A stretch of DNA of 63,435 nt, counting the filler, from Octopus bimaculoides (lineage: Eukaryota), in assembly GCF_001194135.2 (NCBI RefSeq). It is 5 parts of 4 records of this genome, joined end to end, with 100 filler letters (N's around TTAATTAATTAA, not from the genome) between each part and the next. Parts side by side here need not be neighbours in the genome. Positions count along the whole stretch, not along the records: positions 17,277 to 30,172 come from NC_068997.1; positions 30,273 to 54,869 come from NC_068985.1; 3 more parts are not named here. One strand, given 5' to 3'. A program made the translations under genes and the position numbers. Shown here in pieces: positions 23,560 through 36,111 of this stretch; the stretch's first letter is position 1; every line of letters begins with the position of its first letter. Under the pieces are notes generated by a model. It saw only the letters and a list, made by a program, of their open reading frames with translations. It did not search any database and was not told the DNA's origin.

Positions 23560-24330
23560 GGTGTAAATAACACAGACGGAATATGTATTTTGATGGTTAC
23601 ATGTATACGTCATCAGCCAGGTATTACATCTGTTTGTGACTAATGTATATTGCCTGTTTATTTTAGTATTGTGTGGGGTTACGAGTATTCCACGGAATAG
23701 CACAAACATTAATGAACAACGAATAATCTGAACAACTAATAGACAAATGTATAGAACAATATAAAGACGAATAAGACGAAACAAATACATCACACACCAC
23801 ATTTATTAACATTATACAAGCGATACGTAAATTGAAATATATGAATCGAATGCGAACGAATTATAGAATGGATGAACACGTTATCAAAATCTCATAAAAC
23901 TGAACGTAAAATGCATTATACTAAACCAGAAATTAATACTAATCATATACTACAAATTCCTAAAATTATAAGCCTTTCATTTATCACAAACCGCAGCATG
24001 TAATTCCGCAAACCAGCTACTAATAACCGATGTAATTTATAAATCGTACTTTAATAAACGTCACGTTCTAATTCTTATATTGGCCATTCAAATATGAAAC
24101 TTTCCCGTCGCCTTAACATGTATTTAGAACAGACAACAATTGCAATGCACTACACCATAAAGCATTACTCAAGATTCTGATATGAGAATATTACTGGACA
24201 ACACATGTATATTTTATAGAACCCTTCACAAAAAAGACGATTACTGATACAATCAATATTCATAACATAAGACATTATTAAAATAAATCTACTGCTTAAA
24301 AACAAAGCAAAATATATGAATGATAAGGTC
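23560..24330 (+). mobile_element. Decayed Penelope-like element (RT thumb, linker and GIY-YIG region)
   Basis: Frameshifted translation: QTLMNNE*SEQLIDKCI, KYMNRMRTNYRMDEHVIK, KLILIIYYK, SYIGHSNMKLSRRLNMYL. Confidence 0.7.
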
Positions 24331-24376
24331 TAAAACCAATGGTCAAAGCTTAGAATTCCTGTGGTGACATCTACAC

Positions 24377-24498
24377 CAGGCATGGGCAACCATTTTCGAA
24401 AAGCAGGTCGCGGGTCGCACTACTAAAAAAAATTCAAGGTAATTTTTCGTTGGCCTGTCTTTCAGAAAGTCCCGCAGGCTGCGGTTTGCCCATGACTG
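24377..24498. mobile_element. hAT-type MITE (122 bp)
   Basis: TIRs CAGGCATGGGCAA / TTGCCCATGACTG. Flanks ATCTACAC and GTCTACAC, the right one offset by 3 bp. Confidence 0.7.
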
Positions 24499-27088
24499 GT
24501 GGTCTACACCAATAGCATTTGTTCTATCTAAATTTGCAAACGTCACTTCATCCTGAAGGTGAGTCTAAGAAGGTCTAGAAACATTGATGGTATATTCAGA
24601 AATTTCACTGTTCCAAGCAGCAAAAGAAACCAAGAAACACATAAACAAAAAACAAAAAAAGATAAGAAACTATAAAATTCCTCGATAAAAAGATTAAACA
24701 GGTGTGTGTGTGTGTGTGTGTTTGTTTTGCACACGCGCACATGTGGGTGTGTAGAGGGAGAGAGACTGATAAATAAATAAATATAAAACCAAAATTCTCC
24801 GTTTCTCGCAAAAAGAGCAAAAAAAAAAAAAAATCTTGCTCAACAAGAGAGCAAAAGTACATCCTTTAATCATTTGTGAAGACATACGTGTTTGCCGTGT
24901 TTTGAAACACCTTTTATGAAACTACAGACATTTCCGAAAGACTTCACATAGAACCGATGTATTTCTGAAGATATGAAATTATTCCACCAAAAACACTACC
25001 ACTACCAGCGTCACCAGCGTCACCAGAGTCACCACCCCAACCACCAACACGTGCTCCACCTCACCCCCATCGTCAGCAGTCGTCGCCACCACCATCTAAA
25101 TGGAATACTTCGGTAAATAACAAGACATTTTATTGTTCGTTGAAATATTGTCTGCTTTATGTTTTTTGTTTCGTTTCTGTTTTTATTGTAATTCTTTGTG
25201 TCGTTATTTTGATTGCTATTTGACGTTTGTGTTCCGTAGGCTATTGATGGCAAGACATTTTTCAAATCAACTTGAGGTTACGAACCCATGACATGAATAA
25301 GGATACACATTTTGCGTCTTTTTCGTATTTTTCATGTGATAAACATTTGATAAACACGTTGCCTTGTCTGCCACTAGTTATTAATATGTTCTTACATTGC
25401 TAGCATTCTGTGGTAGCATGAATGATTGGCAGCATGAAAAGATCTATTGTTAAACTTCTTTAGCATTTCCGGCGTTATGAGTTCGAATTTTAACTAAAAC
25501 TTCAACCTATTTGCTTTTCCTTTACTCTTTGTCAGACATTGTGAATGGCGGAATCAGAAGAGCGGTAGATAAAAAGAAATCATGCAATATATTACTCACG
25601 ACCATTTAAGTCACGAGTTCAAATCTCGCCATCGTCGGCTTTTATCTGTAATTAAAAAAAAAAATTCTATTTGGTTTGACTTGATTGAAATTGAATTATA
25701 TTTGGCTGAATGTGTTTACCTGTGCAGCAATCTGGAGGTAAAAGAAGAACAAAAAAAAAAAAAAAGACTTATGAAGAATCGCATTTGCAATGCAGTTTCC
25801 TTACACAAATCAGAGGCATGCCTTAAGCTGTTCATCGCAACTTTCTCTCCNNNNNNNNNNNNNNNNNNNNNNNNNNNNNNNNNNNNNNNNNNNNNNNNNN
25901 NNNNNNNNNNNNNNNNNNNNNNNNNNNNNNNNNNNNNNNNNNNNNNNNNNNNNNNNNNNNNNNNNNNNNNNNNNNNNNNNNNNNNNNNNNNNNNNNNNNN
26001 NNNNNNNNNNNNNNNNNNNNNNNNNNNNNNNNNNNNNNNNNNNNNNNNNNNNNNNNNNNNNNNNNNNNNNNNNNNNNNNNNNNNNNNNNNNNNNNNNNNN
26101 NNNNNNNNNNNNNNNNNNNNNNNNNNNNNNNNNNNNNNNNNNNNNNNNNNNNNNNNNNNNNNNNNNNNNNNNNNNNNNNNNNNNNNNNNNNNNNNNNNNN
26201 NNNNNNNNNNNNNNNNNNNNNNNNNNNNNNNNNNNNNNNNNNNNNNNNNNNNNNNNNNNNNNNNNNNNNNNNNNNNNNNNNNNNNNNNNNNNNNNNNNNN
26301 NNNNNNNNNNNNNNNNNNNNNNNNNNNNNNNNNNNNNNNNNNNNNNNNNNNNNNNNNNNNNNNNNNNNNNNNNNNNNNNNNNNNNNNNNNNNNNNNNNNN
26401 NNNNNNNNNNNNNNNNNNNNNNNNNNNNNNNNNNNNNNNNNNNNNNNNNNNNNNNNNNNNNNNNNNNNNNNNNNNNNNNNNNNNNNNNNNNNNNNNNNNN
26501 NNNNNNNNNNNNNNNNNNNNNNNNNNNNNNNNNNNNNNNNNNNNNNNNNNNNNNNNNNNNNNNNNNNNNNNNNNNNNNNNNNNNNNNNNNNNNNNNNNNN
26601 NNNNNNNNNNNNNNNNNNNNNNNNNNNNNNNNNNNNNNNNNNNNNNNNNNNNNNNNNNNNNNNNNNNNNNNNNNNNNNNNNNNNNNNNNNNNNNNNNNNN
26701 NNNNNNNNNNNNNNNNNNNNNNNNNNNNNNNNNNNNNNNNNNNNNNNNNNNNNNNNNNNNNNNNNNNNNNNNNNNNNNNNNNNNNNNNNNNNNNNNNNNN
26801 NNNNNNNNNNNNNNNATATATATATATATACACATATAAACATATGCATATATATATGTACTCTAGGACGTATGTGTATATATATTGTGTGTGTGTGTGC
26901 GCGCGTACACATACACACACATACACACAAACACACACACACATATCATATACAGGTTTACACACTCATAGACATACGGTTGAAGTGATCGTTATGTTAT
27001 GAAATACGTTCTGACATTTGATTCTTGTATTCATCGAAACATTTCATAAATATCGATTTATGATTCTTTTATTGATTTTTCACGCTTT

Positions 27089-27139
<51 letters not shown>

Positions 27140-27207
27140 ATTTTCTCTTTTGCTTCTCTCTTTATCTGTTTGGTTCTCCCTCTCCACCCTTGCGTAAGTT
27201 GTTGCGT

Positions 27208-27242
<35 letters not shown>

Positions 27243-27266
27243 CTTCTTCTTCTTCTTAATAATAAC

Positions 27267-27418
27267 GTTTATCTTGATATGAGATCACCATGTCGCGCAT
27301 ATGTGGTTGTGATGCATGTATCTGGTGTACCCTTATCAGACGGGTAGTCATGATGGGTATGCAGGGCTTCGTATATTTTACCCCAGTGTCACTTTGATGG
27401 CATGCACTGCTGTCACTC

Positions 27419-27460
<42 letters not shown>
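27267..27460 (+). mobile_element. Truncated copy of a (TAA)n-bounded element
   Basis: Matches 48870-49004 (GTCGCGCA..AGACGGGTAGTCATGATGGGTAT..CACTTTGATGGCATGCAC). Preceded by TAATAATAA and followed by (TAA)n. Confidence 0.8.
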
Positions 27461-27461
<1 letters not shown>

Positions 27462-27590
27462 CTTTCTGCTAAAGGTACAAGGCCTGAAATTTTGAGGGAG
27501 GGGGACCACTCGATTACATCGACCCCAGTGTTTCTCTTGTACTTGATTTATCGAACCCGAAAGGATGAAAATCAATGTCCACCTCAGCGG
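27460..27590 (-). mobile_element. SINE family B fragment
   Basis: GATTACATCGACCCCAGTG..GAAAGGATGAAA..CCTCAGCGGAAT. Confidence 0.75.
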
Positions 27591-27983
27591 AATAATAACA
27601 ACAACAACAACAATAATAATTATAACAATATGCACATTTTTCAACGTAATTATCATTATCATCATTATCACGTTCATCGTCGTCATTGACATAATCATCA
27701 TCATCATCATCATCATTAAAGTATGTGTCTTTTTATCTCTACCTCCTACGCGCAACTACTTTGCTGCACGTTCCTCATGTCTCCTTCCTCGTCTTATCAT
27801 CATCATCATCATCACCATCATCACCATCATCATCATCACCATCATCACCATCATCACCATCATCACCAGCAGCTGCATCGCAACGATCTCCTACATTTTC
27901 CTCAGTCTCTCGTCCTCTCACTTCCTTCCATGACATTTTAGTGTCTTTCACTATGACACTGTACCTCATGCCTTCCACTAATA

Positions 27984-28021
<38 letters not shown>

Positions 28022-28464
28022 CACAGGCACTCTTTCATTTACTTAAGTCACCTCCCACTCTATCCCCACTCACGTAACCTCCTACTTCACTTTACAGTCT
28101 GCTCTCTCTATCTCTTCTTCTCTATCTTTCTTTCCACCTCCATATTCCACTCTCTTGGTCTACCTCTATCCTTCTCTTTCTGTCTGCCTATCTATCTGTC
28201 TTTTATATAGATAGGAACTGCCTTTTTAATTAATTACCGAAATCGACACTATTGTGTATATTAGATTGCATGTTCGTTTGTCTAAATGAATGTATATACG
28301 CGGATACGCGTCGTGAGTGTGCGTATAATATACACATATATATACATATATATATAAGTGTGTGTGTGTGTGAGTGTGTATATATATGTGTATATATATT
28401 ATATATATATATATATATATATGTACATTTGCACATCCATCCATGCATATATATATATATATAT

Positions 28465-28785
28465 ATATTGTATAAAGTATCGTGGGTAAAGTCAAAACAA
28501 TGCGACGTAAATGCAAAGTAAATCACAACTAAACAAATATGTGAATTAATGTAGACTTACCTTGTATCCAATATTTCGGAGTTATGACCCCATTTTCAAG
28601 AAATTGACGAATGTTGCCTATGTACACCCATATCGGAAACATTTGCCAATTTATTGAAAATGGGGACATAACCCCGAAATAATGAATACAAGGTAAGTCT
28701 ACATTAATTCACATGTTTTCTTGTGATTTACCTTGCGTTTACTTCGCAGTGTTTTGGCCTTACCCACGATCTTTTATACAATATA
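28465..28785. mobile_element. Foldback/MITE-like palindrome with arms of about 150 bp
   Basis: 28465-28615 is the imperfect reverse complement of 28638-28785 (shared core ATGTGAATTAATGTAGACTTACCTTGTAT). The loop is about 22 nt and the left flank is (TA)n. Confidence 0.85.
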
Positions 28786-28819
28786 TTCTACACAGTGCTT
28801 CACAGTTATTACATATATA

Positions 28820-29016
28820 TACCGGAGTAAGCACATGAAATGTGCAACAAGGTGGAAAAAAGAGTACTCAAATACCAGAGGTAGAGTAATATGCTTTATT
28901 TAAAAGCAGCAGAAATATAACAAAAGTCTGTTACTCTGAGTTTCACGTTCCCGTGAACGGGAACGTGAAACTCAGAGTAACAGTCCTTTGTTATATTTCT
29001 GCTGCTTTTAAATAAA
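28820..29016. mobile_element. Inverted Penelope-type pseudo-LTR ends forming a palindrome around a hammerhead-like core
   Basis: Arms of about 60 bp around a TGAA loop at 28954-28957; the right arm runs into an N gap. It contains TGA-ACG GGAA CGT-GAAA-CTCAGAG-TA. The PLE origin is inference. Confidence 0.6.
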
Positions 29017-29758
29017 NNNNNNNNNNNNNNNNNNNNNNNNNNNNNNNNNNNNNNNNNNNNNNNNNNNNNNNNNNNNNNNNNNNNNNNNNNNNNNNNNNNN
29101 NNNNNNNNNNNNNNNNNNNNNNNNNNNNNNNNNNNNNNNNNNNNNNNNNNNNNNNNNNNNNNNNNNNNNNNNNNNNNNNNNNNNNNNNNNNNNNNNNNNN
29201 NNNNNNNNNNNNNNNNNNNNNNNNNNNNNNNNNNNNNNNNNNNNNNNACGCGTATCCTTCCACCCTTGCGCCATTAGGTCGACGAACGATTTATGGTAAC
29301 AAGACGAATGATCCATGTCCTTGTCATATAAGTTTTACTGAGTAATGCTTATTATAATATATATTTGGCAAATCAGTTATACTAAAGTACCAGTTTTATT
29401 TTCTTATTATCTATACACCCTCGTACCCCCTAAAGAAAGATTAACCACCAATTATTTTTCTAGTTTATTCATTTGCTCATTGACTTCGAGCTTTACACTG
29501 CCAAATGGCATGATTCTAATTTATTAAGCCGTCTTTCCTCATCTCGAGGCCCTGTTCTTTCCTCTTCTCTTCTTTTATTTTACGTATTTGTCTTCATTTT
29601 GATGAAGCTCCATGTACCAGATAAGATGTGCTATAAAATATGAATATTATTCTCATAATTTTCCTTGGCAGCGCCGACTGACATACGTAGTAGAAACGGC
29701 TATTAGCAATGTTAAAGTTTTGTATTTAAAAAAATATGACCGATGGTATTCAATTTGT

Positions 29759-29880
<122 letters not shown>

Positions 29881-30172
29881 TTTGCATTATGTGCGTGTGT
29901 CTGTGTGTATATTCGTGTGTGCATTTAGTCTGTTAAAGTCTATCATACCGGCCATGATGAAATACCACAAGGTATAGAAAATACGTATTCGCCTTTATAT
30001 ATTTAATCCTTTATATTGAACACTCAATATTTCATCTATTCAATAAGACATATTCCATATATTCAATAAGACATTCAATACTTTATTTCATTGTACCAGC
30101 CATTTTTATATTATATATTGTATATTCCATATTCTATATACCACATTAATTTTACAAGAATATAAATAAAAC

Positions 30173-30272
30173 NNNNNNNNNNNNNNNNNNNNNNNNNNNN
30201 NNNNNNNNNNNNNNNNTTAATTAATTAANNNNNNNNNNNNNNNNNNNNNNNNNNNNNNNNNNNNNNNNNNNN
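30173..30272. other. Artificial scaffold spacer N44-TTAATTAATTAA-N44
   Basis: Same structure as 17177-17276. Confidence 0.95.
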
Positions 30273-31144
30273 AAAGATCTCCATGTGTCAGAAGGAGCAG
30301 TCAGAAATGTTGTCTAAGAAGACACCACATATATGTCTTATATGATGAAGAAAGTTAAATTTGTCCGAAAAGGCAAATATATATATATATATATATATAT
30401 CACTACATCAGATGTAAAAGGCTCTTAAACTAACTGAAAAATAATCCAGTAGAAGAAGATTTGATTTGGTTTTTCTCAAATGAGAAAAGCGGTTTACAGA
30501 AGAAATGACAGATGGTTATGTGCAGACCTCCTAAAGTTCCAAGTGTTATGCATAGAAAATTTTCTGCAACTGTTATGGTTTTAGGAGTTGCCAGCAATGA
30601 AGGATATGTGATGCCTCCTTACTTCTTTCGACAAGGCCTTAGCGTTAACTCTGCCGCCTACATTGAGATCCTGGAAATAATTGTTAAGCCCTAGATAGCC
30701 AGTGTATGCAATGGAAGGTCATATGTGTTTCAGCAAGACTCTACACTATCACACACGAATGGATAGCTGAAAATCTTCATGATCACATAACCCCTAATAT
30801 TTGGCCTCATAATTCCCCAAATCTCAATCTATTGGACTATTACATGTGGAGCGTTGTTGAGAGAGAGGTCAATGAACACGTCCATAACACCAAAGATTCT
30901 TTGAAAGCTGCCATAGTCAGAGTAATCTTCAAAATGAACCAGGACCACTTGATTCGGGCATGTAGGTGATTTAGATCTCATATAGAAGCAGTTGTTTAAG
31001 CTTAAGGTGGTTTTATTGAATAGTATTTTAGAAAAGAAGGTTTATTTTTATCCTCATAGCATTTTTTTGATACATAAAGCTATCTCTTATATATATTTCT
31101 TTTTTATAAATGTAAATCTGACTTCAAGTATCATATCCACTCTG
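30273..31144 (+). mobile_element. Decayed maT/DD37D-type Tc1/mariner element, 3' part
   Basis: TVMVLGVASNEGYVMPPYFF, YVFQQDS, WPHNSPNLNLLDYYMWSVVEREVN, HNTKDSLKAAI, ACR, GGFIE*. Confidence 0.85.
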
Positions 31145-31519
31145 AATATATATATATCACTGCTATATTTACTGAAAACGAAAGAATACGCTTTCAGAAT
31201 TTCATTATAAAAAAGGACAAATTTTACATGTTTAAAAAAATGTGCTGCTCGATTGTTTACAGCTCAATTGTTTACAGCTACGTAGCATGTAACAAGTAAT
31301 GCCAAAAATAAGTACACTTAATCTTTTGTGATACCAGATCTGATCGCTCATAAGATTTTCTTACAGAATTTCAAAAGTAGTAGTTTTGTGTTTCTGTCTG
31401 ATAATTGTTGGATCCTACAGTAGTTGTAGTAACAATGTTATAAGTTGCAATTGTATATTGTTCCTTATTCTACGATAATTCTTCATTATTGGCAATGTTT
31501 ATATCGGTTTCATATTTCA

Positions 31520-31942
31520 TCACAAGTGCCGCAATTTCACAGATAGGGGCTAAGTCGATTAGATCGATTCCAGAGCTCAACTGGTACTTATTTTATTGAC
31601 TCCGGAACGATGGAAGGCAAAGTCGAACTCATTTAAACCCGTAACGCACAGTCGGAAGAAATGCCACTGAGCATTTTCACAGTACGGTAACGATTCTGCC
31701 AAATTGCTGTTTCGGCAATGTTAATATTGATTTCAAATTTTGGCACAAGGCCAGCAGTTTACGGGGTGACGGAAATTCAATTGCATCGACCCGAGTACTC
31801 AACTGGTACTTATTTTATTGACCCCTAAAGGATGGAAAGCAAAGTTGACTTCGGTAGGTTTTGAACTCACTACGCGAAGACGGCCGAAATACTGCTGAGC
31901 ATTTCGCCCGGCGTGCTAAAGATTCTGTCAGCTCACCGCCTT
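31520..31942 (-). mobile_element. Two tandem SINE family B copies; the second is flanked by a 14-bp TSD
   Basis: Family B motifs with CpGs retained. GGCAATGTTAATAT at 31714-31727 and 31943-31956. Confidence 0.85.
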
Positions 31943-31996
31943 GGCAATGTTAATATAAAAGATGTAATGACGGGAGATGTCGAAGGTGATGATGAC

Positions 31997-32043
<47 letters not shown>

Positions 32044-32045
32044 CA

Positions 32046-32129
<84 letters not shown>
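31997..32129. repeat. (AGT)n-(AGC)n-(AGT)n compound microsatellite
   Basis: Directly visible; it is the source of the poly-Ser and poly-Val/Ala pseudo-ORFs. Confidence 0.95.
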
Positions 32130-33703
32130 CTGTTGGTAGTATTATTAAAGTTGTATTGACCTCTCTAGTGGAAATAGTAGTGTCAGAAATAGAAGCTTAT
32201 TTAGTAGTGGAGCAAACGGTTGAACTTGTAAGTGTAGTACGAATCGATTCCTTCTTTCCTCCAGTAGCGAGAGTGTGGTGACTGTAACATGTGTATTCGG
32301 TATTTTGTTATGAATGTTTATCTTTTTGCTTTTTTTTTTGCTCTTGATCCGTTGTGTGCCTATGTGCCATAGGGAAGAGAGTAAAGTTTAGCTGTTTCTT
32401 AGTAGCAGATGTGTGCGATGGAAAAGGATAAAAGATAATTGATGCTTAGCGCGACCTGTGTTTATATGTTCACAGATTACGACTATATGTTGTATGTATT
32501 CTCGAAATTGAATTTCAGTTCCTAAAGTATGACAGAGTATGTCACTGTAGTATACTGCCAATAATTCATCTTAGCTATTCTTGTAATTCTCTGTCCACTA
32601 TAATTTCATGGTAATTAGATCTTAGGGGCTTTCGCGTAGATTTCAGTCCTATAAGTGGCGTTAAATTTTTAATTGATAATTTAGAAATGTTTTATTAGTT
32701 TTGGTTTCTTTTGTTTGCTATGTGCCATCGAGTATTTCTGTTCGTGTGGACAGGGTCTCAAACTATCATTACTATTATGTTGCTTTAAGTTGCAAGTATA
32801 TCTTTTATAATCTTCGTTCACTGTGTGAATTTGCTAGTGAAGATCACTGGATATGTTTTCGAATTTCGGAGAGGTTTTGCAGTTTGTTTCTCATTGTGTG
32901 TGAAAGTGTATAACGTTCATCTTGAAAGCAATTTTTTCTTATTCTGTTGATCATTCCTATTGCAGATGTAATTGCAATTTATAAAGCGTGAGGTTACTCT
33001 TTTTAACTTATTGCTTCGATCGATACTAATTTAGGTTTCCTAATGGTCGCACAACCAGTTCTGTAAATGATTTCAACTTAACTGTTTTTCTTTTCAGAAA
33101 CCGTTGCGGAAAAGCATTGCTAGTAATATATATATTATATTATATTATATTATATTATATTACTAGCAATGCTTTTGTGTGAGACAATAGAGAACTACAC
33201 TGATAATATTGTTAATATTAGTGATCTGCCCCAGCGGGCACCAGTGAGAGTTCCGCAACCACTGCCATGTGAAGTTTGAACATCTGCCCGTTGAAAACTG
33301 TTACTATGTAAGGTTAATTTGATTCAATATTCAATTTATTTCCTGTCCTCTCGTTGCATAACACAATTTACTTCCCTACTGAAACCGGTAACAGTGTTTT
33401 GCTAAACATGCAAGTATTTTCCTGTTTACAAAGCTTTTTCTCCATATATTCTTAACATAAACTGACTCGTGTGAAACTGTTTTCTATTTTCAGTAGCACA
33501 TACCAAATGTGGAACATAAAATGTCGCCAAAATCGGACACACCAGTTTTAATTACGACGAAATTTTGAAGGAACAATAGATAATAAATGTATATGTAGCT
33601 ACGATAATCAACAAGCTCGATATGAGGCTCGGAGATGGCTGAGAAAATGATAGCAAGAAATACAACATAATAAATCACTGAAAACTATAAATATATTGTG
33701 CGA

Positions 33704-33746
<43 letters not shown>

Positions 33747-36077
33747 CTTACATATATACACACGCACACACACCCCACACACACTCACACATATTCAGAA
33801 AGTGAGACAAAGTGCAAGCTAGCTAGCTAACGAGGTAGACAGATAGACAGACATACACGGACGGGCAGATAGACAAACAGACACACTAACGGACAGACAG
33901 ACAGACAGACATACAGATAGATAGACAGAGAGGTACATACTCACGAAGCCCGTACATCTATATACCTATTTACCTTTGCATAGATATTTGCATATCATTC
34001 AAATAATGTAATAAATAAGATTGCTAACTGTATAGGTAATGGTATTACTGAATTAGGATGGAGTTTAGTGCCTGTTATATGTTCATTGCTGGAAACGAAA
34101 GGGAAATATACCATACAGGCAGACACCATTTCTGTATAGATATGGAACTGCTAACCAAGCGGTTGCAAAGATTGTTTTCTCATTTCACGGGAAAGCCGTT
34201 GCTGCAAAATATACTACCAATCGTTGAATCACGGGAAAGTAATTGAAATTTGTATAGGACCACTTTTTGAAGAGATAAAGTGATACAGATAAAAATCTGT
34301 CTTTGAAGATCGTATTTGTACGTTTTAATAATGTTAAAAATCCGAGCTGATCGGCAGTCAGTGGGGTGCGATCCTAATTTCAGATTCAAGGCAACCGTGT
34401 ATATAAGAATTGGCTTACTTCTTTGGATCTGGGTAAGAAATCCAAGCATTTGCTGCGTGGCCAGCAGAGGCGATAATCTTAGTATGATTAGCATAAGAAA
34501 AAGTTCACGAAAAGTGAAAGTTACTAAATTTCTAATACACCAAAGAAGAGAAATAAAATATACCGTTAGTCATAGAGATAAATTCACTGCTTTCTTTTCT
34601 TTTGTTACTTTTCTTTGTCAGTTTACCTTTACTATCTCTAGCAGTCATGTTACTTTCCTTTTTCGTATCGACAATTATTTAATCAAATGTTAGACTTTTA
34701 TTCTTCCTCGCAGCAAACACATTTATTCGACTTTTGAACAGAGTAAAACAGAGATTTGTTACCACACGTCAATTTTTAAATGTCTTAGTGTATATCTAAA
34801 TGCTATTCTGTAAACCCGTTTCCGAGGAAAATAAACAGATGGAAATGAAATCAAACATGCAACAGTATAAAAACACATACTATAATGAAATAAGTGCCAT
34901 ACAATAATTTACCTTAATATTTTCCCTCTACCACTCTGCAATATTTATACTTATTTTTGCTATTCTCAAGGCAAATATTTACATGAAAAGCAGGAATTTT
35001 CATTCTATTATTGGTAATTATTGATTTGGCTTTATATTGAAAATCAAAGGGTATTCATTTTTACTAATCTCACAGCAAATATTTTATATGGAAGATAGAA
35101 AATTCCGTTATATTACTCGTAATTATCGTCTTGGCTTTATAAGAAAACTTAAAATACACCATAGAAGGAGAGTTAAACGAAGTAGTAAAATTTTGCCTAG
35201 GGGTAGTTTTTCTCAACTAGCTTCATTCTCATTGTCCAAATACAATTATAGAATGTACAGTTGATGTAAGTCATATCGAAATTCAATCCCCTCTGGATAG
35301 TTTTTGGTTTCCTTCTATCTCGGTTCGACAAAATAAGTAACTATTAAATATATTATATCCATGATCGAGTTTTCTCTTACTCTCCCCAGAATAGATACAA
35401 TATTATCAGGAAAGAAGGCAATTTTTTTTCAATTCGCTATATTCCCGCACCTCAACGACGATTATTGCTATCGTTCCAGTATAAGAAACTAATATTATAA
35501 CGCATTGGTTACAAAATCATATAATGCCAGATTTATCTAATAGCAGTTGTACATATGTCAATCGCTGAGAAGATAATATTAGGGAAACTCACATAGGAAT
35601 ATTTTGAGCAATTCATTTTATTGGAAAATTGAAATAATCACATCGGTTTAGATTTTATAAAAAGCAAAACGATATAGCTGCAGACAATGCAATCTAAATA
35701 TAATCTTGCTTAAATATCTTGTATTTAAACATTGCGAGATTTTCGTTTTTCCCATTAATCACGTAGCACTTGAATATATTCTCATGTGTTTTGGATATTA
35801 TCAATAACTCTAGCGTTATCATTGCAAAATAATTTTAGAAAACTTATAAATGCATGTTATGTAATTACCGAATGATCATGTGGTTACGCTGGGATGATAA
35901 AGTAGAATATTTTAGGAATAGATATGGACAACTTGATTGACTGCGAAATACGTGGTCTGTTCAGAACTTACTGAATTTTCTCAAGAATACTAAAGACGCA
36001 TGGACGAATTCTAATCTATAATGTACGGTCTCTTACGAACTCTCAACCAATATAGGAATAATGTGCAGGATTTGCAT

Positions 36078-36111
<34 letters not shown>

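Noticed and set aside
27723-27941. Poly-His ORF (and poly-Ser ORF at 31913-32281)
   Set aside because: Trinucleotide microsatellites with no splice or start context.
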